Of a DNA stretch of 53,171 bases, positions 38,666 through 48,069 are shown one piece after another. The notes beneath the pieces are model-generated. The model saw only the letters and a program-made list of their open reading frames with translations. It had not been told where the DNA came from and did not search any database. The stretch spans positions 1 through 53,171 of the IMG/VR virus record IMGVR_UViG_2721755711_000003; one strand, written 5' to 3'. Position 1 is the first letter of the stretch. Every line of letters begins with the position of its first letter. A program made the translations under genes and the position numbers. Source of the DNA: a virus (taxonomy: Duplodnaviria; Heunggongvirae; Uroviricota; Caudoviricetes).

Positions 38666-39279
38666 AAATCGCGCGAAATTTGAATCTGATTATTCCTGTC
38701 CGGACAGAAAAGGGGAACGGCTGGATCCATGCCACGCCGATCAGCAAAGAGGTGTTTAAAGAGCATTTCTTTATTCTGAGTAAAACCTTTTCTGCCATTT
38801 TTTCAGAAGGTCTTGGCGTCGTTTCGGGGCCGCGTATCGCCTGCCTTATGCTGGAACGGATCTCCTCAGATATGAATATCTGGGATGGCGAAAAGGGCGT
38901 TCGCAATACGCTCGTGAATGAAATCATTCGTCTTGCGAATCTGGTTTACCCAGTCGAAGGGAAAGGCTACGACACGATCCCGCTTGATATGGCGCTAGAG
39001 CGCGGCATCGTTGAATTTGATGATGTGGCAGGTGAACTCGTTTTTTTTACATGCGTCTCGTCGATAAACACACCGGAGCAGACGGAACAGATGATGCTGG
39101 TAGTCAGTGGAATGTGGAACAGTCGCACTTCATCCTTGAGTCTTACGGAATGGATTGCTTCATTGCCGACATTGAAGCCTGTCGCCAGTTCTGGCGCGAC
39201 GGCGAGCACGTTATCAGCGACATCCTCGACTACTCAGCCGGAGACGGATTCAGCGACATCTGGGCAAATTCCGGTCTGA
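38662..39279 (+). CDS. tail assembly chaperone-like protein
   Basis: ATG 38662 overlapping the upstream stop; 205 aa with a Ser/Thr-rich C-terminus; precedes the tape measure. Confidence 0.35.
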   Translation: MKIARNLNLIIPVRTEKGNGWIHATPISKEVFKEHFFILSKTFSAIFSEGLGVVSGPRIACLMLERISSDMNIWDGEKGVRNTLVNEIIRLANLVYPVEGKGYDTIPLDMALERGIVEFDDVAGELVFFTCVSSINTPEQTEQMMLVVSGMWNSRTSSLSLTEWIASLPTLKPVASSGATASTLSATSSTTQPETDSATSGQIPV

Positions 39280-39342
39280 ATGTAAAAACAGCAGCTCAGT
39301 TTCGTGAGCTGCGTAAATGCACGACGCCGGGAGGGGTATTGA

Positions 39343-41316
39343 ATGTCAGGTAATCAGATGCCAGTTCTGACACTGGACGTTAATGAAGAACACCTTAAGC
39401 GACTTGAGGCGATATTTGAAAAGTATCGCAATGGGCTGATGATTGGCCCTGCGGGGACGCCGCTTAAAATACCTTCAAATACAGGTCTAGGAGGTGGCAC
39501 GCAGCAGGCAACCTCGGGCGGAGAAGCCAATCAGGCTCCCAGGAAACCATCTTCACCTGCGCCCACCGATGGACGTTTAAGGGATGAAAAAGGGAGCTTT
39601 GTCGGTAGCGGAAAAACACCTGATTCGCTGGTGAGCAACTATAAAGGTCGCGGCGAAACGATGTTTGATAAGTATCTCAGTAGTCTGGGTAAAAACGCTC
39701 AGGGGACGCTGAAAACTTACAAGCAGATCAATTCAACGCTTAAAACGACCAATTCACGACTGAAAACGCTGTTTAAAACGACTGTATCCTGGGGGAGCAA
39801 AATTGCGGCGCTTGGTTCGGTCGGTGCTTTCGGGTACGGATATATGGCGAGCAAGGTTGCAGCGCAATACAGCGTGGCTCAGGGGCTGGGTATGGAAACC
39901 GCACAGATGCAGGCCGCACGTGCCACCTATTCGCCATATTTTTCTGGCACAGAAGAACTGGTTCAGCATCTGGCGAACGCACAGAAAAATCCGAATGATC
40001 CAAACTATGCTGGTCTGGTCAGTCTTGGAATTGATCCTCGAGATGGTGCAGCAAAGAATCTGCCCAAACTTATGAGCGCGCTTGCATCTCTCGTTAAGCA
40101 ATATAAAGGTTCAGGACTTACTCAGGGGATTCTCAACGGACAAGGGCTTGGATTTGTTGATGTCGCGACAACTAACCAGGTGGAAGCGAATCTGGACAAG
40201 ATCCCCCAACTGAACGAGAAATTTGCATCAAATACCAGGTTGCTCGGTGCTTACCTCACGCCAGCTATGCAGTCAGGTTATCAGGATACGGTGAGTAACC
40301 TGATGGTAAATGGAAACAGAATATCAAATTCCTGGTATGCAGCTCTCGCCAGATATAACCCACTAATCACAGGTGCATCTGATGGGCTGACATCCAATAT
40401 TGAAGGTTTTCTGAATGGTGGAAATTTTCAGAAAATTCTCACTGAGGCTGGCGAAGGGCTGGAGAAACTTGGTAAGTGGCTGAATAGCGAACAATTTAAA
40501 AATGATCTTGACGATTTTTCTCTGGCGGTGAGCCGGATTGCAAAAGCAATATGGTCAGCTATCAAATGGATCGGTGGGGAAGATAAATATCTCCCCGGAA
40601 CCGGAGTTGGTGCTGAACAGGCAGATCCAGTTCTTGCGGCATTTGGGAATAAATATCTCGGTGGTGCGTTGCCGGGAGCAAACCCGATGACAAATCAGTA
40701 TACGGGTGAGTTTTATAAACAGGATGATGTATATAAAAATTACCGTATGCCTAATGATTTAAAGAGAAATATTCAGAACTTTGTAGAGCAAGCCAATAAT
40801 ACTTATCGACTTCCTAAAAATATGATGTCAGCTATCGCGGAGGTTGAATCTTCGTGGAATCCTCTGGCAAGAGGAACTCCAGATGAAAAAGGTAGATTCG
40901 CTAAGGGGTTGTGGCAATTCTGGGATAGCACCGCAAAACAGTATGGTCTGGTGGGTGATGATGTTTATGACCCAAATAAATCCACTCTTGCGGCTGGCCG
41001 CTTTTTAAATGATCTGAACCGGCGTTATAAAGGCGATGTGGCAAAAATGCTTACGGCATATAACGGAGGTCGTATTGATAGAGATGGAAATCTAAGTTTG
41101 AGAATGGAGACTGTAAAATATTTAATTAAATTATTGCCTCAGATACAGGGAGCTTTGGATCAACACCCTGGTATTATGAATCAGCTAAGAAATGCCAGAG
41201 ATAACCTTCAGGGTGCTGGCAAAAATGCCCGCGCAATAATTGAGCTTCAGGTGCGACAATCGCCGGGTTCCGACATACTGGCACAACTCGCCGGAACGCA
41301 ACAAATACCGGGGTAA
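39343..41316 (+). CDS. tail tape measure protein with C-terminal lytic transglycosylase-like domain
   Basis: 657 aa; helical Gly/Ala-rich N-terminal part; C-terminal region with transglycosylase-like motifs (AIAEVESSWNP, GLWQF, TAYNGG). Confidence 0.6.
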   Translation: MSGNQMPVLTLDVNEEHLKRLEAIFEKYRNGLMIGPAGTPLKIPSNTGLGGGTQQATSGGEANQAPRKPSSPAPTDGRLRDEKGSFVGSGKTPDSLVSNYKGRGETMFDKYLSSLGKNAQGTLKTYKQINSTLKTTNSRLKTLFKTTVSWGSKIAALGSVGAFGYGYMASKVAAQYSVAQGLGMETAQMQAARATYSPYFSGTEELVQHLANAQKNPNDPNYAGLVSLGIDPRDGAAKNLPKLMSALASLVKQYKGSGLTQGILNGQGLGFVDVATTNQVEANLDKIPQLNEKFASNTRLLGAYLTPAMQSGYQDTVSNLMVNGNRISNSWYAALARYNPLITGASDGLTSNIEGFLNGGNFQKILTEAGEGLEKLGKWLNSEQFKNDLDDFSLAVSRIAKAIWSAIKWIGGEDKYLPGTGVGAEQADPVLAAFGNKYLGGALPGANPMTNQYTGEFYKQDDVYKNYRMPNDLKRNIQNFVEQANNTYRLPKNMMSAIAEVESSWNPLARGTPDEKGRFAKGLWQFWDSTAKQYGLVGDDVYDPNKSTLAAGRFLNDLNRRYKGDVAKMLTAYNGGRIDRDGNLSLRMETVKYLIKLLPQIQGALDQHPGIMNQLRNARDNLQGAGKNARAIIELQVRQSPGSDILAQLAGTQQIPG

Positions 41317-41319
41317 AAG

Positions 41320-41988
41320 ATGTCACTTAATTACTTTGGACAAGCTTTCAAACTGGCGTTTGAAGTTTCGCCCATTCTTTTAGTTGATGGCATAGCGTCG
41401 AAAATTCCCGGCGGGGTGATGCCGATTGCTGTTCTGACCGAAGGACTAAGTATCGCGAACGGTCTGCTGCATGGAGAGATTCATACACGCTCGATGGCGG
41501 CATTCACGCCAATGGCCGGGACAACGCTGGTCCAGCAGGATATTTGCAACCTGAATTTCTATAACCAGGTAACGGCAGCGAATGCGACCGTCAGGAAGCC
41601 TAACCGGGTAGTCATGCAGATGATCCGTCCGGTATCAACGGAGGACGGTGGCTACACCACTAAGGGGATGACGTTTACGGCGCTGAAAATGGCGCTTGAT
41701 ATGCATAACCAGTATGGCGGTTGTTATACCGTTATGACTCCCTCGTTTATCTACACGCGCTGCCTGATGCGGTCGTTTATCGATACATCTGGTTTCTCTG
41801 AGCAGAACAAGCAAGTGCAGCACACCTGGCTGATTGAGTTTGAGCAACCATTGTCGTCTGTCGAACAAACAGTAAAGACGCTGGCTAGTGTTCTGGATAA
41901 ATTTGATAAAGGGATGCCGTCAGACGGGCCGCTATCGTGGTCAGGCATTAAGAACCAGGTCGTGCAGGAGTTTGGTATTGGCTTATGA
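41320..41988 (+). CDS. tail / baseplate protein
   Basis: 222 aa following the tape measure. Confidence 0.4.
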   Translation: MSLNYFGQAFKLAFEVSPILLVDGIASKIPGGVMPIAVLTEGLSIANGLLHGEIHTRSMAAFTPMAGTTLVQQDICNLNFYNQVTAANATVRKPNRVVMQMIRPVSTEDGGYTTKGMTFTALKMALDMHNQYGGCYTVMTPSFIYTRCLMRSFIDTSGFSEQNKQVQHTWLIEFEQPLSSVEQTVKTLASVLDKFDKGMPSDGPLSWSGIKNQVVQEFGIGL

Positions 41989-42251
41989 CAACGTTAATTC
42001 CTTTTAAACCTGACGGGCGAGGCCCGTTTCAGTTCACGGCCAGAATTGGAGAATATGAAACATTCGCCCGCGTTCCGTTTAATCTGTATGCAAATCGTTA
42101 CTACCTGGAACTGAAAGACAGTTCTGGCGACGTGATTGTGTACATGCCGTTGATCGCGTCACCTGACAGTTACGACATCAATCTGGCGCTGCCTTGCTCA
42201 CCGGGGAAACTTGTTTTTCGCGAAAGTACGAATCAGTTTGAGGTTTCGTAA
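41985..42251 (+). CDS. tail / baseplate protein
   Basis: 88 aa; overlapping starts on both sides. Confidence 0.4.
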   Translation: MTTLIPFKPDGRGPFQFTARIGEYETFARVPFNLYANRYYLELKDSSGDVIVYMPLIASPDSYDINLALPCSPGKLVFRESTNQFEVS

Positions 42252-43258
42252 TGCGTTATTACCGACTGGAAATTATTAATCCTAAAACAGGCAAGCCGCC
42301 AGTGGATAGCAATGGAAAACCCATTGGACCTTTTGATACCAGTGAAACACCAGGATGTGGGTTGCATGTTGAATTTGACTTTGAAGTAACCGGCCTGGAT
42401 GTAGTCTGTTCGGGCACGATGCTGACGATCTATGGATTACCAATTGACATGCTGAAGCAAAGCGTAAGCTTGCAGGGTTGTCTGGTCCGTATGAAAGCAG
42501 GCTTTGTTCAGGGGTTACCACTGGCAAATAAGGATCAACAGGGGGAGGTAATCTATGGTGAAATTTATCTGGCCTATGCCAACTGGATCGGCACGAACCA
42601 GACTTTAAACCTGGTAATAAATCCAAGCATACGCAAAACCGATGACGGTAAACCTTTTTCAATTGAGGGGCAGGGGGAAGCAGGCGAAAGGGTTGGCGAT
42701 GTTTTAGTCCGCGCTTTGCAAAAAGCATATCCCAATAAATTGATTGATTGCACAGTCAGCGACAACCTAGTTTTGCCAGAGCCGTGGACGGGTAAATATA
42801 CAGAGATTGGTTCTCTGGCAATGGTCGTAAAAAACGCCTCTATTGCGATGATGCGTAATGAAAGGTATAGCGGAATCGCCATCAGTATTCTTTCCGACAG
42901 AATACGAATCTACGATAACGCATCGGCAAAGTGGGGTGAGCCAAAAACAATTCATGCCCATGAACTGGTCGGGCAGCCGACATGGGTAGCGCCGTTTACC
43001 GTCAGCTTCAAATGCCCGATGAGGGGCGATATCAGATGTGGTGATGTGGTTAATTTGCCGGAGGGGCTTTATTCGGGCGCCGCGTCGATTGTGATGGCTA
43101 ATACAATGGCTCCTGGCGTTATCTCCAAAAACTCGACCACGTTTACCGGGAAATTTCTTGTGAAATCGGTCAGACACATTGGTTCGTATCTGACAGCCGA
43201 TGGCGATGCCTGGGTGACGGTATTCGAGGCATATGCTGAGAACTGGGCGAGGGTGTAA
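42251..43258 (+). CDS. baseplate hub-like protein
   Basis: 335 aa; position between tape measure and spike-like gene. Confidence 0.4.
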   Translation: MRYYRLEIINPKTGKPPVDSNGKPIGPFDTSETPGCGLHVEFDFEVTGLDVVCSGTMLTIYGLPIDMLKQSVSLQGCLVRMKAGFVQGLPLANKDQQGEVIYGEIYLAYANWIGTNQTLNLVINPSIRKTDDGKPFSIEGQGEAGERVGDVLVRALQKAYPNKLIDCTVSDNLVLPEPWTGKYTEIGSLAMVVKNASIAMMRNERYSGIAISILSDRIRIYDNASAKWGEPKTIHAHELVGQPTWVAPFTVSFKCPMRGDIRCGDVVNLPEGLYSGAASIVMANTMAPGVISKNSTTFTGKFLVKSVRHIGSYLTADGDAWVTVFEAYAENWARV

Positions 43259-43971
43259 TGTCAAACGCTCAAAAAATACCGTTTCTCCGAACGCTGTCGG
43301 AGATGATGACCAGTTCTGGTAACCAGCAAGCCGAGCTTAAAGGCCGTGAATTGCCCTGCCATGTTGTCGATGTCAGCGGGCAGATAGTGACAGTTCAGTT
43401 TGATATGCTCCCCGAGGGGATCAACTTTCCGCAGATAACAATCCCTGTCGCCACATTCCCGTATATCCGTTACCCGATACAGCCGGGCGATCGAGGAGTA
43501 ACAATTGCCGCTGATGTATCCCTGCGCGGTGTGTCCGGGTTGGGAACTGGTATGGCGACGCTCTCTTACTCGATGTCGCTCACTCCCCTGTTTTTCGTGC
43601 CACTGGCAAACAAGGACTGGTCCGACGAAGATCCGCAAAAAATCGTTTTGTACGGTCCGGATGGCGCGATCCTCAAAACAGAGGACGGCAGTAGCTCGGT
43701 AACGGTGGCTCCGGAAGAAATCAGGCAAAAGTCGAAAGCTGTTTACCTTGAGGCCGAAGATATTTTCCTGAACGGGAAAATTCACCTCAACGGACCGATC
43801 GTCCAGGACAAAGCCCAGATGAAGGATACAACCGCTTCGCTGATTGGCCCTCTTAAGGTCGAGAAAGATGCAGTTATCAACGGCGTGAGCGCCAGCGGCC
43901 ACAGCCACGATGTGACTGGCGTTCAAAGCGGCGGCAGCACGATCACGTCGAAGCAACCAAATCCGGGTTAA
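43258..43971 (+). CDS. baseplate spike protein (gpV-like)
   Basis: 237 aa with Gly/Ser-rich C-terminal region. Confidence 0.45.
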   Translation: MSNAQKIPFLRTLSEMMTSSGNQQAELKGRELPCHVVDVSGQIVTVQFDMLPEGINFPQITIPVATFPYIRYPIQPGDRGVTIAADVSLRGVSGLGTGMATLSYSMSLTPLFFVPLANKDWSDEDPQKIVLYGPDGAILKTEDGSSSVTVAPEEIRQKSKAVYLEAEDIFLNGKIHLNGPIVQDKAQMKDTTASLIGPLKVEKDAVINGVSASGHSHDVTGVQSGGSTITSKQPNPG

Positions 43972-44009
43972 CCGGTTAATTTCACTTTAAATTCTATCCA
44001 TAAAGCGAA

Positions 44010-44042
44010 AGCCCCGACTGGGCAAACAGTCGGGGCTTTTTG
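44010..44042 (+). terminator. rho-independent terminator
   Basis: AGCCCCGACTG / CAGTCGGGGCT stem, GGCAAA loop, then TTTTT. Confidence 0.65.
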
Positions 44043-44073
44043 TTTCTGACCTTGAATAAGGCAAGGAGAAGTC

Positions 44074-44211
44074 GTGTTTGATTTTAGCAAACTGATTCGG
44101 GAGATTCGAGTTATGGCTGAAAAATTATCCACCTGGAAGTTTTTGCTTATTTGGTTGGTCTTTCTGATTCTTGCGTCTGGTTATTTTGTTGGTCAGATCC
44201 GATGGTGGTGA
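44074..44211 (+). CDS. small membrane protein
   Basis: GTG 44074 preceded by AAGGAGAAG (in-frame ATG at 44113); hydrophobic WKFLLIWLVFLILASGYFVG segment. Confidence 0.3.
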   Translation: MFDFSKLIREIRVMAEKLSTWKFLLIWLVFLILASGYFVGQIRWW

Positions 44212-44218
44212 GGGCGCG

Positions 44219-44566
44219 ATGAGAACATGGGGCCGCGTCAACGACGCGAACGGCAACAAAAAATGGGTTGCAGTAGAATCTGACACCAACGGTGATTTCT
44301 CCTACGGCTGGCTGACGACGCTCATTCAGACGTTAAAGCTGGGGTTGGGGGAGTCGCCGTTTTACGCGAATTACGGCATTCCAGCGCAGCAGTGCATCGT
44401 GCAGCAGATTTACCCGGACTACTATGTGAACATGGTTCAGCAACAGTATGCCGGGTATTTTGCATCGCTGGCAATTTCAAAAGTAGATGGGGCAGAGAAC
44501 CCCACCTATAACATCGATGTTGTGTTTTTTAACGGAACCAGTTACCGGACGCAGGTTCCGGTTTGA
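44219..44566 (+). CDS. hypothetical protein
   Basis: ATG 44219 (MRTWGRVNDANGNKKW...); 115 aa. Confidence 0.4.
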   Translation: MRTWGRVNDANGNKKWVAVESDTNGDFSYGWLTTLIQTLKLGLGESPFYANYGIPAQQCIVQQIYPDYYVNMVQQQYAGYFASLAISKVDGAENPTYNIDVVFFNGTSYRTQVPV

Positions 44567-45111
44567 GGCAAGTTTTCGGGCATCAATTGGGCCAGTGGCG
44601 TGTTAAGAAGTTCATCGCGTGGCATGACAATCCATCCACTTTTGCGTAGTAAGTGAATTGCCCATTCTGTGGTGATAACTGAGCCTGATTTGTGGTGCTC
44701 AATGTGGGTAACCGAGCCGTTTCTGACGCGCATGATGATGTCAACATTCAGAGGGGATTGTGTGCTGGTGGTATCTTCGCGCAGCTTCTTCTCGCACTCG
44801 ATGAAGTATCGGCGGATCTGGCGTCCTTTTTCGTTGCGCTCGACCATTGCCAGTTCTTTGGCGGTGTCTAGGGTGAGGTGGTAGTCCTTGCGGTTATGTC
44901 CTCCTCTGCCTCCTAACGATTGCTTTCCTGTTTTGGAAAGCAAAATGTAATCTTGATTTTCTGTAAATCCGTATTCTGCGATGCGGGATGTAATCCAGGC
45001 TGCGAAAACCTTACCTACACCAAGAAAAGCGTGCAGATCACGAGCATTACAGAGTAGGGCGGTTTCGTTTGAGATAGTTCCGTTGAAAACGGGGATTAAT
45101 TGTATTGTCAT
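44542..45111 (-). CDS. antirepressor-like protein (AntA-type N-terminal domain)
   Basis: 189 aa on the opposite strand inside the baseplate cluster; N-terminal region LLCNARDLHAFLGVGKVFAAWITSRIAEYGF typical of antirepressor domains. Confidence 0.55.
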   Translation of the reverse strand: MTIQLIPVFNGTISNETALLCNARDLHAFLGVGKVFAAWITSRIAEYGFTENQDYILLSKTGKQSLGGRGGHNRKDYHLTLDTAKELAMVERNEKGRQIRRYFIECEKKLREDTTSTQSPLNVDIIMRVRNGSVTHIEHHKSGSVITTEWAIHLLRKSGWIVMPRDELLNTPLAQLMPENLPQTGTCVR

Positions 45112-45183
45112 AACGACCTCACTGATTTTTTCGAATTTCCACTATCGGAGTGGAGCCGGGAGGTTCGAAACGGCTCAGTGAGG
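45112..45183 (-). promoter_or_regulatory. structured 5' leader of the antirepressor gene
   Basis: Perfect 9-bp inverted repeat (CCTCACTGA at 45117-45125, TCAGTGAGG at 45175-45183); one arm contains the GAGG ribosome-binding site; two internal hairpins. Confidence 0.4.
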
Positions 45184-45443
45184 CCGCGGACTTATTCCCC
45201 TTTCGGGTGTTGTATTCGTCGCCCTCCCGACATTGTTCGGGGATGTGACCGCACATTGTGCCATCACTAAATAGCAGGCATAAAAAATCCAACACTAACG
45301 GGGTTGGTTGTGACCGCACTGAGAAGAGGTTTCGACGCCTCATGCGCTTAATCATACTCAACTGGGCGCGGTTGTAAAGTATGAACTTGAACGGACATTA
45401 AGAATGGGTAAAATTTAATCTCCTGTTTTTAAGGAGATTACGG

Positions 45444-46190
45444 ATGATTAAGTTTAAATTATTTGTAGTGTTTGCTTTTTTATTACAAATCGGAACTGCG
45501 AATGCGGTATCTTTTGATTGCTCGAAAGCTAAATCATATTCTGAAAAGTTAATTTGCAGCAACAGTGAATTATCTGAACTTGATGATAAATTAAATTCTT
45601 TATATCAAAAAGTAAAGTTAGAGAGCGCTGATAAGAAAGCTTTTAGAAAAATTGTTTCAGACTTGTGGAATGAAAGAGAGAAGTGCAAAACAGAATCATG
45701 TGTTCGACAATGGTATTCTAATGCATTCAGGGAATATTCATCTTTAAATGAAATTAATGAGAACATAATCAATGAATCAAAGAATTACGCTGAATGGTAT
45801 ATTGATGGTGCACTGATAATATTACCTCCACTGGAAGGTGTTAGTAAAAATAGATTCCTGATGTATGGCGATGATGGGACAATAGCTATTTTTATTGCTT
45901 CAAAATCTAAAGGCAATGGATTTTGCGATAATTCAGTGCAAATTGATGGGCCATTAGAGTATCCACCAATTTTGATTAATGGTGAATATTATAAAACTTA
46001 TAAATCATGCTTGTATGGAAATGGTTTTATAGTACCAAAAACTGAAATTGGTAAAGCGGTTCTGAAAGAATTGGTTATGAAAATGAAGCCTATAAAAATT
46101 TCTTTTGGAGACGGCGATGAATTTAACTATCCTCCATCAAATGTAAAAAGAATGCTTGAGAGGGTGGAAAAAATGAAACAGGCAAAATAA
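45444..46190 (+). CDS. secreted protein with LprI-like (DUF1311-like) N-terminal domain
   Basis: 248 aa; signal peptide MIKFKLFVVFAFLLQIGTANA; Cys-containing N-terminal region (FDCSKAKSYSEKLICSN...LNSLYQ); clearly lower GC than flanking tail genes; own terminator. Confidence 0.55.
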   Translation: MIKFKLFVVFAFLLQIGTANAVSFDCSKAKSYSEKLICSNSELSELDDKLNSLYQKVKLESADKKAFRKIVSDLWNEREKCKTESCVRQWYSNAFREYSSLNEINENIINESKNYAEWYIDGALIILPPLEGVSKNRFLMYGDDGTIAIFIASKSKGNGFCDNSVQIDGPLEYPPILINGEYYKTYKSCLYGNGFIVPKTEIGKAVLKELVMKMKPIKISFGDGDEFNYPPSNVKRMLERVEKMKQAK

Positions 46191-46198
46191 GTTAACTT

Positions 46199-46221
46199 AA
46201 AACCGCTTCGGCGGTTTTTTT
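46199..46221 (+). terminator. rho-independent terminator
   Basis: AACCGC / GCGGTT stem, TTCG loop, then a T7 run. Confidence 0.65.
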
Positions 46222-46232
46222 ATGGGGTAGAT

Positions 46233-47459
46233 ATGTCTGAAATACCAATTACTATGACCAGTGCGGGTGCGCAGCCTACGCCACCCAATGATTTGCTCGC
46301 AAATCTTATCACCAGAGTTGCTGAAAAAGTACCTGGATATACAGCCAACCTTCCGGCAGGACTTATTACAGACCTTGCCAGCACGGCAGTAGGGGCGCTG
46401 GCATTAATAGACCAGGCGCGGGTTGATCTTATTAACTCCGTAAGCCCATACGGCGCGAATATTCCGTTACTGATGCAACTCGGAAACATATATGGAGCAC
46501 AGAAGGGATTAAGTACAAATACGGCGGTATACGTGGTGTTTGAAGCGTTGCCGGGGTTTGGTATCCCTAAAGGATTTGTGGTTGGAGACGGTAACTACCA
46601 GTATGCGGTTTCCCGCGATACTGTGGTACCGGAAAGCGGGCAGACTGAGCCAGTTTACTGTGTGGCCACAACGTCAGGCTCATGGGCTGTACCGGAAGGG
46701 ACCGTGACGCAGGTTATTACATCAGTACCCAAAGACCAGCCTGTAAAATGCACGAACCTTACCGCAGGGATGCCAGGTCAGGAGGAGCAGACGTGGGCAT
46801 CTTACCGCGCCGAAGTCATGGAGTCTGGCATGTTTGGTGTGCAGGGAACACCGGATTGCTTTAAAGCGATGCTCAAATCAGTAAGCGGTGTGCGCGAAAA
46901 CCTGATTTCTTTCCGGCAGTCGTCGCTGGGGAAATGGGTTGCGGTTGTTGGTGGCGGTGATCCGTATGATGTGGCTTATGCGATTTACAAATCTGTACCG
47001 GACATTTCGAAACTGACCAACGATGTTAGCAATCCATCCGGTGCGGCAGTGGAAAAACGCACGGTTTCAATAACCGTTTCGCCGGACGTTTATCAGGTAC
47101 CGTTCGTTATCCCGTCATCACAAAACGTCATGGTGCTAATCACCTGGAACACGGTGTCTGATGATTATGTTGATCCGGCGGGTATTGCTATGGCTGTGCA
47201 GCAAAACGTTGCTGATTACATCAATTCAATTGAAGTCGGACACCCGATAAATCTTCTGCGTATCCAGGATATTTTTACCAGTTCCGTCAGGTTGCTGGTT
47301 GATGCGACGTTGATCTCAACAATCAGTGTGAGCATTGGTATTAACGGCCATATTGTTCTTCCGGCGAAAGACACAAGCCTGGTTTATGGCGATACCTATT
47401 CCTATTTTTCAACGGTGGCATCACAGGTTCAGGTCAACAAGTATGCAATATCTGACTGA
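46233..47459 (+). CDS. baseplate protein (gpJ-like)
   Basis: 408 aa; resumes the tail module after the moron island. Confidence 0.45.
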   Translation: MSEIPITMTSAGAQPTPPNDLLANLITRVAEKVPGYTANLPAGLITDLASTAVGALALIDQARVDLINSVSPYGANIPLLMQLGNIYGAQKGLSTNTAVYVVFEALPGFGIPKGFVVGDGNYQYAVSRDTVVPESGQTEPVYCVATTSGSWAVPEGTVTQVITSVPKDQPVKCTNLTAGMPGQEEQTWASYRAEVMESGMFGVQGTPDCFKAMLKSVSGVRENLISFRQSSLGKWVAVVGGGDPYDVAYAIYKSVPDISKLTNDVSNPSGAAVEKRTVSITVSPDVYQVPFVIPSSQNVMVLITWNTVSDDYVDPAGIAMAVQQNVADYINSIEVGHPINLLRIQDIFTSSVRLLVDATLISTISVSIGINGHIVLPAKDTSLVYGDTYSYFSTVASQVQVNKYAISD

Positions 47460-48069
47460 GAAAATTCTCCCTGCTTATCCATTTGTGCAGTACAGAGATG
47501 ATCCGAATGTTGTTGCGTTCTTTGATGCATACAATGAAATTGCTCAGGAATACCTCGATTCACTCAACAATCTGGCATTGCCATGCTGGACATCAGAATC
47601 AATAACCGGGCAATTGCTGGACTGGATTGCACTCGGGATTTATGGCGTTGAAAGGCCTTTACTACAGGTTTCCGAGGAGGCTATTGCACGCGGTGCATAC
47701 GATACCATTGAATACAATACGATCCCGTATGCGGCAATGCGGAATTACGTTCCGGGGCAGGCATCGTATGTTCCTGATGATTATTTCAAGCGAATATTGA
47801 CGTGGAATTTTTATAAGGCTGACGGCTCGCACTTCTGCATTGACTGGTTAAAGCGACGTGTGGCGCGGTTCATTCACGGAAAAAACGGGATAGACCCGCC
47901 GTTGCAGCACACTTTTGATGTGAGTGTGACTGTATCGGACAGTGTTTTTTCTATTCAGATACCAGAATATGGTGATGGTATAGGCTATTTTCTGAAAGAT
48001 GCCATTGACCAGAAATATGTAAAACTCCCTTTTATTTATTCCTATGCAACAACGGTGATTCAAAAATGA
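47443..48069 (+). CDS. baseplate / tail protein (gpI-like)
   Basis: ATG 47443; 208 aa; between the gpJ-like gene and the tail fibre. Confidence 0.4.
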   Translation: MQYLTEKILPAYPFVQYRDDPNVVAFFDAYNEIAQEYLDSLNNLALPCWTSESITGQLLDWIALGIYGVERPLLQVSEEAIARGAYDTIEYNTIPYAAMRNYVPGQASYVPDDYFKRILTWNFYKADGSHFCIDWLKRRVARFIHGKNGIDPPLQHTFDVSVTVSDSVFSIQIPEYGDGIGYFLKDAIDQKYVKLPFIYSYATTVIQK

